NCBI GenBank assembly: GCA_043228905.1
Contig: JBHGNT010000012.1
Coordinates: 1,798,001-1,862,000, forward strand
Source of the DNA: Azolla caroliniana
Lineage: Eukaryota > Plantae > Polypodiophyta
Direction of reading: 5' to 3'
Length of the DNA stretch: 64,000 nucleotides
Part shown: in pieces, positions 50,771 through 64,000 of the stretch
Layout of the letters: each line of letters starts with the position of its first letter
How positions within the stretch are numbered: position 1 is the first letter of the stretch
Program-made: the position numbers and the translations under genes
The notes under the pieces: generated by a model
What the model saw: the letters and a program-made list of their open reading frames with translations, nothing else
What the model was told of the DNA's origin: nothing
Databases searched by the model: none

Positions 50771-52840
50771 ATGGCGAGTTCCTTCCCCCCCATTTCCTCT
50801 TCCTTTTAGCCATCTCATTCTCTATCTTGTTTTTCTTTTTGTTTCATCATCTTTTTAATTTTCCTGACACTCTTTGTTTTTCTCTATCTCGTTCTTGTAG
50901 ACTGTCAAACGCAGAAATGGAGGTCGCAATAAGCACGGTAGGGGTCACACGAACCATATCAGATGCTCAAACTGCGCCCGCTGTGTCCCGAAGGTATGTT
51001 CAATCGTTAATTTTATGCGTTTCTTATTAAATATGGATCACGCTTTATCCCTAAGGTACCAACTTGTTTTTCGATGTTTTTACGTGATTCTGGAGTGCGC
51101 CTTTTCCTGCAAATCTGTAGAAAGATAGTTTACTAATGTCGTTTGCTTTTGATATTTTTACCGCGTTTGGCATGCTTATTTCACTTTCCGTTCCAACATT
51201 CCTGCAAAATTGCGTCTGTCTAGATCAATTTGTTGTTTACTATCGCGATTTTCTAATTATCGTCTCATTTTTGTTACATATTTATTATTCTATTGCATGA
51301 GTTTGAATGCAGAATTGTTTCAGTCTTGTGTGTTTTTGTTTTCTTTATTACCGCGATTACATAGTATGTTGAAAAGGGCCTATTTTTCTTTCCTGTTTTA
51401 CATCGGTGGAGCGTTTTTACTCTTCTACGAACTATGTTGTATCGTCTAAATCGCTTCAGGTGGTGACATCTTCGTCCTCGTCCTCGTGACATCATTTACG
51501 ATACGTGAGATCCTCCTGGTTGTAGGACTATGTAAATCTTAGTTTGCAAATTTTTTTGTTTCGTGGCAAGAGTTCAGTGTAAATGCAGGTTATAATCATG
51601 TTTTCTTTTTGACATGAAGTATCTGATATTTAAAGCTGTATTAGCGCGATGATTTCTGTAAGAAATTGCGGTATTTGCTTTTCGTTAGGAGTTGAATGGC
51701 CTCAGAATGCAGTCATCAGATCTAAAAGTTGTTCACATTTCCTCGCCATTTGTTTCATAAGAATGCCATCATTTTCTCAATCATGAAGATGCTCAGCTTA
51801 TTTCCGCACTTAAATTCTGAAGAATTCCAGTAGTTACTAGTCTTTTTGTTATTTTTTCTTCATGTCTTCCTAAGGTGGAATATATTATTTATAATAGACA
51901 AAAGTATATTTTTGCCTCTTGCTTTTTAGCAATAAGTTTTTTTTTTACATTTAGATTTAATCGATATATATTTGAACTGCAGGATAAGGCTGTGAAACGT
52001 TTTCTTGTGCGCAACATTGTGGAGCAGGCTGCTGTGCGTGATGTTCAGGAAGCATGTGTTTATGATGGTATAGTTATTCTCTTTGATTTCCTTCCGAAGT
52101 TAGTCATCTATTGTTTTTTTAAGACATTGAGTTGTTATGCTTTAATACTCAATATGTACTTTTCTTTCGAGGTAGAAGATAGATTTTTTTATATGTACTA
52201 ATCTAGCTTGTAGTTCTTTGGCTAATGGTTGTACTTATATTCTGTGATGTAGCTTTTGAACTATAATTTGTGACTCCCATTTTTGTTCTTTAAGTGGACT
52301 CAAAGGTTTGTTTTAGGTAGCCATACTGATGATTCATTGGCACGCATTTGCTTCTGTCTTTTGAAATAAGATCTTGACAATTTGTCCTAATTTAGCTCTT
52401 AGAATTATGCTTCCTTGGTACAGTGTTGATAATTAAATTCCCTGATGTATTTTCCAAGATATCAGTTTTTTTTGTACTAATTTATTTGGTTATACTTGAT
52501 GATTGCAGGATATACTCTTCCCAAGCTTTATGCAAAAATGCAGTATTGTGTCTCGTGTGCCATTCACTCTCATGTTGTCAGAGTGAGGTCGCGCACAGCT
52601 CGCAGAGTCCGTGAGCCTCCAATGCGATACAGACGCAGGGTAAGTATACTTTTGCATGATTTATTAAAGAAGGTTTTGATCTATATATGTGTTATATTAC
52701 AGATCAAATCTGAGATAGGATGTAAATAGTTTTTGCTCTGTAATTCCTCTTCCAAAGGTTAAAGCTAGATTTTTTATGTTTCTCAGGAAGATACACAAGG
52801 TCAGAATAGGCCAAATGCTCCTCCTGCTGCCAAGAAATGA
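50771..52840 (+). CDS. RPS26: 40S ribosomal protein S26 (eS26), 121 aa; exons 50771-50773, 50901-50993, 51983-52067, 52509-52639, 52787-52840
   Basis: Spliced translation [69 protein letters not shown]; intron phases consistent. Confidence 0.96.
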
Positions 52841-53494
52841 AATGACTTTATTATTAAAGTCTGAAAAACAAAGACAATGACCAATGTGTAGGACTCTTTT
52901 TTGAGATGAGCAAGATTTTTATTTCTTATGAAGTTTTGTTAATCCACATTACACTTTTCTAGTACAATTTCAGCTGGTTCTTAATTTTTTGCTCCTGTGG
53001 TTTAACATCGTTGTAATGAATTTCTTTACTTTCGTATCCAAGGACTCCCACTGGGAAGAAGATGATGCCATGATGTTGATTGATAGAGCTATATGCTAAT
53101 TTTATAAAAGCGCATTTAACGTTTGTGAATTTTCTTGACAAAAAGAATAGGTAGTATTTGAACAGATATCTGTTAACTGTATGACTATGGGAATATGTAG
53201 GGAGGGTTTATTGATATTAAGGGTAAGGTTGAGTAGAAAAATGCATTTGCAGTAGGTAGGTGTGTACATAATTTAATTAAAGCAGCATCATGTTGGGTTT
53301 GCCTAATTGTCCTCGTCATATAATCCACAAATGCTTGTTCTGAAAAGTTCTTATCAGTTAAACATCTCAGTTTTTGTTAATTATAAATTATTATGTTCTT
53401 GTCATAGTACACAAATGTTTGTTCTGAAAAGTTCCAATCAATTAAACATCTTTTTTTTGGTTAATTATAAATTATTTTTGATGCCTAGAAGAAG

Positions 53495-54084
53495 ATGCTT
53501 ATGGCCATTTTGATTAGTCAAGCCTCGAGTTTTGGTATGTTGACTTTTGGTTTTTGTCTTTATATTTCTTCATGACCATATAAGAAAGAGCTCACGAATT
53601 TTGAGCACAAATTTCATCATCTCCATCTCTCTCTGTAGCATTATCTCCAACATTGCTGCAATGTTTTCTCTGTTAAGGAAACTACATGCAAAGTCTCACC
53701 CCAAGGAAAGTAGTATTGATACAAAACCTAATGATTCAATTGAAGGCAGTGTAATTGATCCAAAAGAGGGGATTGAAGAGATAGAAACATTGCAACCTCC
53801 CCATGATTTGAATTCTAATGGAGGTACAAATATTTTACCTTCAAGTGAAGAGACATTGTTAGGGTCACCTGTTTCAGGTTCAAACCCAGGTGGCAATTTA
53901 CAACCTCTCCAAGAATTGAAACACTTTATCTTCAAGTGGATCGGGTTCAAACCCAGGGGGTAATTTCCAACCTCCAGAAGATTTGAACTTCAGTGGCGAT
54001 CCAAACACTTTACCTTTTCGAGGAATTGTCGAAGAGAGATCAATCGATTCCCTTGTTTCAGGCTCTAACCCAGGGGGAAACTAG
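53495..54084 (+). pseudogene. Candidate multi-repeat small secreted peptide precursor (SGSNPGGN x3), frameshifted
   Basis: Three modules ending SGSNPGGN at 53874-53897, 53941-53964 and 54058-54081, the last directly before TAG. Possible hydrophobic first exon 53495-53534 and intron 53535-53638; the 5' structure is uncertain. Confidence 0.55.
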
Positions 54085-55079
54085 GTTAATACATAAATTT
54101 AATCCATATTGATGTTAATACTTTAAAGGGCCTGGCCACACAAGCGTCTTGTAGGTTTTTCTAGTAGTATCCTCTACCCTTGTAGGTCATTATTGCAAGG
54201 TATTATTATCCAACATATTATTGCTAGTGTTTTGGAAACGCTTTATTTCCATCTTTGATTGGCCATTTGTTCATGTTTCAGAACCTTGTGTGGTGATGCA
54301 TGGATTCCTTGTTCTCGATGTATGTCATATTTGTGTATCCTTTTGTGAGTGGATGTGAGGCATGATTTGATTGCCTTTTGAGTGTGTATCGTTTGTTGAA
54401 ATAGTTTTTAATGAATATCTTAATAATCTTTGTTGAAATAGTTTTTAATGAATATCTTAATAATCTGAAGGCATCTTATTTTATAATGAGTTTAAAATGT
54501 GGCAACAAATTTACTTAAAAAATTTTGAAGTGATTTCCAGATATAATGGCAACTACAAATGACAAGAAAATCATTATTTTCATATGAAGATAGAGTTACA
54601 AGGATCTCATATCTTTTATATTTTCAATATGTAATTTCATATCCTATGATGCTGCACTAAAAATCAAAAGGTTCATTACTTGTGGAAGGAACACATCTTA
54701 AAGCAGAGCAAAATCAAAATCAAAAGGCTCATTATTTGTGGAAGGAATGCATCCTGATATAACATTCTATAATTTGTTGTCATGTAGACTAATTCAAGTT
54801 GTTGTAATGCAAATGGTATAAATGGGATTTGAATGACAACTTTAGCTACATTAAGATGGTAATATGATTTATTATTATAGTTATATAATTTTGAGTTTGT
54901 CCCGTAGTTCAAAGAATTAAAGAAAATAAAATGAGAGTTGATATTGCAAATGTATTCTTTGGCTGACAGGCCATGTTAAATATGAAGAAGACTAATGAAA
55001 CCTATTAATATATTGTTAGATTCTTCAATTGTACAACAATAAAATAATATATTCAAGCCTCTCAGAATATATTGAAAAA

Positions 55080-55700
55080 TATCCCTAGATGCTGAAAGCT
55101 TTTCCATGATGATAGCTAGGGAACACCATTTGAGGGAAATTTGGCAACACTATAAGTAACATTGACCGATCACATAGAACGTAATTATTTCAAGATTTAG
55201 AAGTATAGGAAAAGCAAACTTCTAGTTAATTCTAGGTGAGAGGCACTCATACAAATCATAAGAAGAGTTTTCAACATAGATTTATGTACTCATGATGGAA
55301 AGGAGATTAATGGGAGGTTGATTCATGCGTAAAATAGGTATGCAATCCTCGTGTTGGTCGTGGAATGATTGACAATCTCTTGGACTCTTTCCATTAGGAG
55401 CCTTGCTCATATTGGTTTTATGATTTTGGGTTGTTAACATGGATATCAACCCTTGTAGAAAGTGGCTACTCCTATATTGCTTGGCTACTTGTGTATGATA
55501 TGATTCCTAATGGGAAGGAGAGGCTTGTAAGCTCCCAATTTAGGTATCACCAAAACATGATTGTTTTATATCGGCAAGCCATTTATCTTGAAATTGGTTT
55601 TCACATGTTATGTATACAAGTCAAGGCATTTGAGAGGCTCTAACTATAATATGTGGTTGTGTTTATGTATTATTGATTGCGGGCATCAATTGTTGGCTAA
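55080..55700 (+). mobile_element. Possible heavily decayed Gypsy RNaseH/integrase remnant
   Basis: Only scattered motif traces (W.HY..LTDH-like near 55140-55175, GITKT near 55543); no LTRs. Confidence 0.3.
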
Positions 55701-56002
55701 AGTGTGCTTAAGTGATAGGAATTGGGTCTCTAGATTGTAGTTCTTGGTATGTTGAGATCTTGTAGAGGTCCTAATAATACCAATGGCTACACTCATTTGT
55801 TGTTGATTATGGGCATCAATGTACATATACATTTGTTTGATCACAATTGAGCACTTTAAATTAACCAATCATACAATTTGGGCATTAGATATGCTCTAGT
55901 TATAAGGAGTGAAATATTCATTGTTTTCATTCACTGTGGGAGTCTTACTCATGAGACATGGGGAGCTTTCTTGAAAGCATGCTATGTCATGTGTGTTGTC
56001 AG

Positions 56003-57063
56003 CTAGGTATGGGCTTGGTTAAGTTATTGCTTGGTTTGGTCTAGATCCATTTACTTGGCCGTGAAACCAAATCAAACCATTTATGCCTACATTGCAAAGA
56101 CCAAACAGAACTGAACCATTTAATCACAAATCGAAACCAAAACATTTAACTCACATTAATTAACCGAAAAAAGAAATAACCCAAAACACCATTTAATTAA
56201 GTTGAAATTAATCAAATCATTAAACATAAAAAGGTTGTTAGGGAAACAAGAAAATAAGCAAATATCAATACACCATTAAATTGAGCCACTTAAATCTATA
56301 AGCCTGTAAGCCCATAAACTTGAGTTTTAGAACCAAACCGAGCTAAGACCGTACAATGTACTGAGATTTGAAAATAAGCAGGAACATTTCATAATATCTA
56401 ACCATTGAATTAAGTTGAAATTAATCAAATAATTAAACATAAAAAAATTGTTAGGGAAACAAGAAAAGCAGCAAATATCAATACACCATTAAAGTGAGCC
56501 ACTTAAAATCTATAAGCCTGTAAACCCATAAACTCGAGTTTTAGAACCAAACCGAATGGAGACCAAACCATTTATTGATAATTGAAAATAAACAAGAACA
56601 TTTCATAGTATCTGAAAACCAAACAAAACCAAACCATTTATTGATGATTGAAACCAATCTGAAACATTTAATGATATTCTCCAAACCAACCCAAACCAAT
56701 CCGAACCAATCCGATAAACAGTTAAACTCGAGATTTAGAACCAAACCGAACCGTTTACTTTTGTTTGGTTTTCAGATACTATTCTCCAAACCAACCCAAA
56801 CCAATCCGAACCAATCTGATAAACAGTTAAACTCGAGATTTAGAACCAAACCGAATTGAGACCAAACCGTTTACTAATAATTGAATCCAAACAGGAAACG
56901 TTGAATGATATTTGAAAACCGAACGAAACCAAGCCATTTACTGCTAATTGAAACCAAACCGAAACGTATAACGATATTTGAAAACCAAGCCAAACCGATA
57001 AACAATTAAACCATGGCTTAATAGTTCGGTTCGGGTTCAAGCCGAACCAGGGCCCATAGCTAG
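56003..57063. mobile_element. Non-autonomous DNA transposon/MITE-like element just upstream of DEG8
   Basis: Terminal inverted repeat CTAGGTATGGGC / GCCCATAGCTAG (11 of 12), dense AAACC(G/A)AACC subterminal motifs, internal ~210-bp and ~105-bp duplications. No TSD found. Confidence 0.6.
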
Positions 57064-57162
57064 GAGTGCCGGCAACAGACAGAGACAGAGAGAAACAGAG
57101 GATAAACACACATTCCTTTGGTACATGCATTACCACCAAGAACAGAGAAGGAAACAAAAGAC

Positions 57163-60100
57163 ATGGAAAGCTTGAGGTTCTCTCGACCAACTAGCTCATG
57201 GTCTTCATCCCCATCCCCATCTCCATCTCCATCCCACTCTGCTGCTCCTCCCTTGGGAAGAAACTGGAGACCTAAGGGTCCGAGCTCCAGACCTTCATCC
57301 TTCCATCCTATCCTCTGGTATGTCTTCTTCCCATCTTTGCTTATGTTCTTTGGTATGTTTGATCAGTGTCTCCTCCCCTTCGGATCTGTATCTATGTTAT
57401 AGTGTTGATCCTCTTGCTAAACACAATTCCGGGCAGAGTAATCGAAAAAGTTCAGTCTTTAAATACAGACGCCCACCTCCAAAACCTAAAGGCTAAAACC
57501 TAACCTTGTAACTGGGTATTCATTTTGACATACATTTTCTGAAGCATTGTGCTCACGTTGGATGAAGGATCCAATAGAAGGAGTAGATGAAGTAATGTGT
57601 GCATTAGTTAATGTCTTTGGGAAGCAGGAATTACAATCTTATAACAAAACCATGGAAGCAACACAGAGAAACACAGGAATTCCTTTGCTGTTGTTGAGGT
57701 TAAGTTGAAGATCTCATACCCGTTCTTCACCCAGACAACTAATAAAAATGAAACTTTTGTTAGTATTTGGAAACTTTTAGAAGTATTGATTCTTTCATAT
57801 GAATTTCAAAAATAGGTTCGAAATTTTAATATTCTGCTTTTGGTTGCTGAAACAGCCAAGAAAAGCTACGTGAAGGAAACATGATTGATCAAGGGACTTT
57901 GGAACTTCACCGTAGAGATATTTTATCGGGGTCTTTTGTCCTTTCTGTGCTTTCAGCTTCTGGTTGTATGTCAGGTTAGAATGCTTGTCTTAACAAGGGA
58001 AAATCCCTGCATTTTAATTTATTTTTCGAAACACACTTGGTCAACCCCAAAAGAGCGGGCAAAGGGGAACAGTTGAACTTATACTAGCTCAAAAGAATAG
58101 ATATAAGTTTGAAGAAAGATTTGAATCGACCATACATTTGTTCAAATAGCAAAAATAAAATAGCTCAACTAAAGAATTGAGCACGGATATTGTGGAAATA
58201 ATAAAAACTTGGGATCATTTAGGGAAATAAAGGAAAAACTTGGAGGTATATTAGTTTTCCCTCCCTATAAACAGATTGAACTGCATACACATTCTGCAAA
58301 TGTTAACTTTACCGCACATTGATTTGATGTTCTGTCATGCAGATATGTATTCCTATTTATTATTCATTTGCATGTTTTTTCATGGTATGACAGTAGAACT
58401 CAAAATTGGTTTTATGACTATACTCCTCTTAATAGTTGAAATCTAATATACTAGTCTATTATCGTATCACAAGAAAATGTACAATTTTAACTCCAGTTCT
58501 TTCTTTCTTGTTTCCAGCTAGTGCTCTCGGTGATCCAACTGTAACTTTGGCTGATGTAACTCCTAAAATTGCACCACCAAGTCCGCTTCCACCTAATGAG
58601 GTAGCACATGATCTGCATGCAAGCACTCAATATATGGATTACTGATTTTAGGAACGAAATGATTTATTTGGTGTTGCAATGATTGTTTAGTCCCAAAATG
58701 GAAAGTTATGTTCTGTTCTTCTGGTAATTACTTACAAGAGAAAAACTTTCTATGTGCAACAGGAGCGACTTGTTAATCTTTTTGAGAGAACAACATATTC
58801 AGTTGTAAATATATTTGATGTCACATTGCGTCCTCAAGCAACATTAACAGGCTTTGTGGAGGTACACATATTTTTCATACAATGTAGTTGTATATTTAGG
58901 TTGAGCGACAAGTTACAACCTTTTGCTGATATTGCTATGTGAAAACATATGCTAACTTGGAAGGATGTGTGTTATCATTTCCTTACTGTAAACAATCAAA
59001 ATGGGATAATGATTTGCGTGCTTTCAATCAGCTCTTTAGAACATTCAATTCTCAAACATAATTGATATCCATTTTCTCTCTTGTGAGCCCTTATCCATAT
59101 GGCTGTGTTAAAAAAATGTGTTATCTTGTGAACTGCTCACATTTATAGCTGTCAAACCTTTTTAGACGAAGAAACATCATCTTTATGAAATATAATGTCA
59201 TCATAAAAGCTATATTTACATTTAAGGTACCAGAGGGAAATGGCTCAGGAATTATTTGGGATGATGCTGGACATGTTGTGACCAATTACCATGGTATGTA
59301 GTTTTTGAGCGATGCTAAAACCCGAGTTGTTCTTTTCTCTCCAATAATTCCAATTTTAGTGCAAAACAATATTCTTGTATTAATTAAGATGGCCATTGGT
59401 AAAGTCTTAAAGACTAAATAGATAGGAAACTTGCATCTGAAGGTAAAGAAGATAGAGCCTCCCTTGTTCTAAGAGGCCAGACAATTTAGTTTGTTCACAC
59501 TCTTGACTTTACAAAGGATTTATGGACAGCAACGTAATCTCAGATGGGGGATTATAGTCATTGCTTAGCGTGTTTGAGCAAACAGATATTTGGGGCCATA
59601 TGTAAAGTGGGTGTCACAGATTCTGAGATTCTTGTAGATCTGTGGTCAACATGATCCACAGAACCTGTGTATACCATGGGATGTTTCAAGGTTTCCTTAG
59701 ACAGGATGCAGGATATGTTTTTCACAAACTCTGGTATTATGAAAATTGTAAAGAATCTAGCTCTAGTAGAGTTTAGTATTCAGAAGCGTAGTGTGTGTGT
59801 GAGAGAGAGAGAGTGAATGTATAAGCAAGAGAAGGAATTACAGAGAATAACCAGAAAAATAAGAAAACACACAGTAGGGGGGATGACAGCTTATGCACTT
59901 AAGAGAGCTATATTAATTATCTAAAAATCATCAACTAAACTGAATGGCCAAAGGGGGTTTTATATACAAATCCTCAAGGGACTGCCCTATTAAATGTGTT
60001 GGTGGAATCTAACCAAGATATCCACTTGAGGACGATTTTGTCATAAGAATATCTAATATTCTTTGACCACACTAACACTCGACAACTACACGGATTACAA

Positions 60101-63100
60101 TAAAGTGTGCTCTCACACACTCGACAACTACACGGATTACAATAAAGTGTGCTCACACACTTTTTCATACATTGTCCTTTTCTTCACAAGCACATGTTCA
60201 CACAAGTTGAGATTGATTCTCAACAAAAATGACCTTGAATGGTTACATACCCAGCCCTTATGTGGGCTTAGAAGGAATAGGGCAGTGAGCTATTGTTTGA
60301 GTACACATTGAGATCTATATCTTGAAGCTAAGTAAGTCACAGAACTCATCTTGGGTGGCAGGTAAAGAAAGATATTTGCGTATTGGTGTTTGTCTAGGAC
60401 GTAAAAATCTTCAACTTTACCCATTTTATATGTTGTATGATTACATGATCTATAACTTGAATCTACTTAAGTCAGAGAACTCATGTTCGGGGCCAGGAAA
60501 GAAACATATTTGTATGTTGCTGTCTGTCTAGGAAGTAAGAATCTTCAAGATTATTGGTAGCTAGTCATCAGCTGAAAATATTATTGTGGAAGACACCACT
60601 TTTAACATAAGATAAGCATAGCTTGTTTTCATCCAGATTTTCTTGTTTTGATTTCACATGACATGAAAAGTGAATCCTGCTACAACTAGAGTTCTACATA
60701 AAGTTCTTTAATTCTTCTGGTTAGTGATTCTCTCTTATGTTTGTATCAGTGATTGGAAGTGCGTTAAATAAAGGATTTAGTCCTGGACAAGTGGTAGCAA
60801 AGGTCACAATCCTCACATCAGATGGGTATGTAGACAAATCCACTTGCGTAGCAGGAGGCTGTCATTAAAAATGGTAAAGAGAATAAATCATAGAAGTGGG
60901 AAACTCTTGATCAGAATGAACTTCTTAAATGATAAAACAGTTGCATAATAATTATGTGTTACTCCACTAAATTCTACTAGTCTCTTTGAAACAATATCCT
61001 ATAATAACTCTTCTACTATTTCAAACAATAATACTGCAAGGCTTACGGTCACAATTTGAAATAAGGCAATCACAAACTATATAAATTCATTCTTTAATAA
61101 AATTTGAAACCAGTAGAGAGCTCTTAAATTTGCTCAATATTCCTTGCATCTCTTACACAATCCACGCTTCATCCTGAGTGAGTCCTGTGCCAAAATTTCA
61201 TTTTTCTTTAATTTTTTTAGATGCTGTAAAATTTAAGAACCTCTCAGAAAGTATAAAGATCATATTGTTTGTGTATTTCTTGGATTGAACTTTTCAAGTT
61301 TTAGGAAATTTGACAAACATGGTTCTGAATTAACTGATCTATTCTTTCAGGAAACGTCAAAACTATGAAGCGACTTTGGTTGGAGCAGATAGAACTAAAG
61401 ACCTTGCAGTCTTGAAAGTAACTTCATTTTTTTGTGAAAATTTAAAACCTAGATTTCGTGTGTTCTTCCTTTTGATTTTGGTGTGCGTTATGTGATTTGA
61501 AAGAGAAACATTGTGTCAGGTGAATGCATCCACTGAACTGCTTCAGCCTGTATCAGTTGGAGATTCAGGAAAGGTTAAAGTTGGACAACGATGTCTTGCT
61601 ATAGGAAATCCATTTGGTTTTGACCATACACTGACGGTAGGTGTTGTAAGTGGACTGAATAGAGATATATCTAGTCAGACAGGTGTCACAATTGAAGGAG
61701 GGATTCAGACAGATGCTGCTATCAACCCAGGAAACAGGTTGATTTCCAGTTTTATGAGCCATAATGTACTGATTATGTTGTTTAGTCTCCACCTTTCACT
61801 GAGCCTGCTCTTGCCGTTTTATATTGTGAGTGTTCAAATTTACTCATGAAAATAGACATTGTGGGAAACAATCAGTTTTTCATTTAGATACTAATGGGTA
61901 AAACCATTCATTTTGTTGTTTGTGGATAAGAGTGCTCTTAACTCCTCATAGAGGACTCAACATGAAATTGAACTGGAATCAACAATGTTATACCAATGAC
62001 ATGAATACTAGGCCGTTGAACGTAAAAGAATAATAAAAGCTAGCTAACAAACATCCATTTTTTATAAGAAATACTATGCAATTTGGGAAGTGGCTTCCAT
62101 TGGAATGAAGTGAAAGGCAAGGACATGGATCAGAATTCCATGTGGGTTTCCTAAATTATAAAAAATAGGCGTTGAAGTTGAATTCCATGCTTTCCCCTGA
62201 TGCTTAAGCATCTGCAATTAGTTCGAAAAAATCAATTCATCCGTTTTTTAATTTCCCACTTGATACTGAAATGCTGCAAATATAATGTTGGAGATATCAA
62301 ACCTGGACTTTAAATTAATATTCATTCGAAGTTTTGTTTTTCCATTTATTAGTCTTTAACCAACTAATGAAGTGATCATATTACATTCATATGTTCACAG
62401 CGGTGGCCCTTTGCTGGATTCTAGAGGAAATCTGATTGGCATCAACACAGCAATATTTACACGGACAGGTAAGCACACACCTAATGTTTGTTTCTTTCAA
62501 CCCTGATGTGTGGTTACAGAAAATTCAAATGTACAATGTAAATGTTTCTGGCAACTTTTAATTATGCTAAAGGTAGCTCGAAGGTGATCATGATGAGATA
62601 TAGAAAGCTCTAATTATTATCCTCATGTGCTATGGTACAAACAAATCAGGTACTTCAGCTGGAGTGGGTTTTGCAATACCTTCAGATGTTGTATCAAAAA
62701 TCGTTTCTCAACTAATTGCCTTTGGCAAGGTAAAGTTGATGTTTTTGAAATTTCTTTTTCATATATGGAGACTGATTTATGGAAATAGTATCTAATCTTT
62801 TCTACTTGTGAACAGGTTGTGAGGCCAACTTTAAGTGTCCAATTTGCACCGGATCTGGTTGCCAAACAACTCAATGTCAAAACTGGAGTGCTTATCCTTT
62901 CAGTAAGATTATTATTATTCTTTAAGTGGTCTATATACATTATCAAACGAGTAGGTATTCTATAGTTGCTTCAAATGGAGTATTGCAGGTGGCTGAGAAG
63001 GGTGCTGGAGCAAAGGCAGGACTGATACCCACGAGGCGAGGTCTTGCTGGAAATATTGTACTGGGAGATATTATTGTTGGTGTAAATGGTGCACCGGTGA

Positions 63101-63925
63101 GCAAAAATCATTGTTTTTTTGCTTCCTGAGGGTATATAATGTGTTTTTAAATGCTCCAGTTTAAACTTGTATTAGATTAAAGTCAACTAATAATTACACG
63201 ATCCTGGAGTTTGAGTTCAATCCAAATGCAAAATTCTGGAGACAACAAGATTGGCCAAATTCCAAAGCTTTTGCACCTAATTCATAACCTAAATAATATT
63301 CATCCTTTATTGTTAAAGTCTAGTAAAATGTTTTAATAGAATTGAAGTACTGAGTATTCTGCGATGTCCCCACTGTAATAATAAATTATTGGAGCTTCTA
63401 AGAGGTAACGGCTTCTCCTATTACGAACTTCCAACCTTTACTGCGTGATGAGATACATGGGAAGCTGACAATAACCAAATCCCATGCTTAGTTTTGTCTT
63501 TGATCATGGTTCTGAAGTCAATTGCCATAATATGGAGCACTGTATTACTGTTAGTAAGTTACACTCTATGAAGAAGTCATTGGTACAGATACCATGTTGA
63601 TATTCTGTTTGTATCGTTTGACATGTGAAGTTCTTTTTTTGTCATCTTCAAGTTTTTATGAGGTCCCAGTTGAAATAATATTAATAAATACTCGTTACTA
63701 TTATGTAATGTCTGTCCTCTTTGTTCACACAAGAGAACAAATATTGTGTTATGGGATTCCATCTTTATATTTCTTCATTCTGAAATATTTGTAATCCAGG
63801 TCAAGAATATTGCAGACTTTACGAAGGTTTTGGATGCTTATAATGTTGGTGATAAAGTTGAATTGCTGGTACAACGCAATGATAGCAAAGTGGAAGTTGA
63901 GGTAACGCTGGAAGAAAGTGCATAG
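57163..63925 (+). CDS. DEG8: Thylakoid-lumen Deg/HtrA serine protease 8, ~450 aa; exons 57163-57317, 57856-57974, 58518-58600, 58763-58861, 59227-59293, 60750-60825, 61351-61417, 61520-61737, 62401-62468, 62650-62729, 62816-62902, 62989-63096, 63800-63925
   Basis: Ser/Pro-rich transit peptide, twin-Arg HRRDIL, ASA|LGDP cleavage site, YSVVNIFDVTLRPQ, catalytic TNYHV / DLAVLK / GNSGGPL, C-terminal PDZ (RGLAGNIVLGDIIV). All GT-AG introns in phase (1353 nt). Exons 1-2 are less certain than the rest. Confidence 0.93.
60075..60160. repeat. 42-bp tandem duplication in DEG8 intron 5, inside an LTR-like remnant (~59747-60171)
   Basis: ACACTCGACAACTACACGGATTACAATAAAGTGTGCTC at 60075 and 60117. Confidence 0.8.
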
Positions 63926-64000
63926 TCCGTGGATTGGCTGGATATGGTGGCATAGTTAAAATGAGGAATTATCTGGGAGTTCATCGGTATATTTACACTT

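Noticed and set aside
56540-57050. Repeated AAACCGAACC units as a CRISPR-like array
   Set aside because: Irregular spacing, no unique spacers, eukaryotic context; fits transposon subterminal repeats.
57545-57698. Additional DEG8 exon in intron 1
   Set aside because: It needs a different exon 1 donor and a weak AAG acceptor. Direct splicing 57317-57856 is already in frame and gives a normal-length protein.
59747-60171. Solo LTR in DEG8 intron 5
   Set aside because: TGTA...TACA ends and LTR-like composition, but the flanks do not form a TSD, so it is not called as an element.
60311-60548. Diverged ~135-bp tandem duplication as an intronic ncRNA pair
   Set aside because: No convincing C/D or H/ACA boxes or stable fold seen by eye.

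Overview
Eukaryotic, land-plant-type nuclear DNA; a non-seed plant is plausible but cannot be shown from this sequence. About 1.2-49.8 kb is one nested retrotransposon stack. It resolves by target-site duplications (TSDs) into a single ~3.6 kb minus-strand APE-RT LINE containing an L1 fragment, a Copia element, a chromovirus Gypsy, three tRNA-Trp-primed Gypsy elements plus a related solo LTR, an Athila/Tat-like Gypsy with a large extra ORF, and three more solo-LTR-like inserts. All appear decayed. 50.5-64 kb is genic: an intact RPS26 gene with a GC-AG first intron, a frameshifted candidate multi-repeat peptide precursor (SGSNPGGN x3), a MITE-like element and an intact 13-exon DEG8 protease gene. 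Main highlights: (1) all four insertions of the Trp-primed Gypsy lineage sit at the same 4-bp target, ACGG/CCGT; (2) that lineage has a conserved G_GAU_UUU_UAG -1 frameshift signal between gag-PR and RT-RH-IN; (3) the SGSNPGGN repeat varies only at synonymous positions. Everything was read by eye; no alignments or database searches were run.
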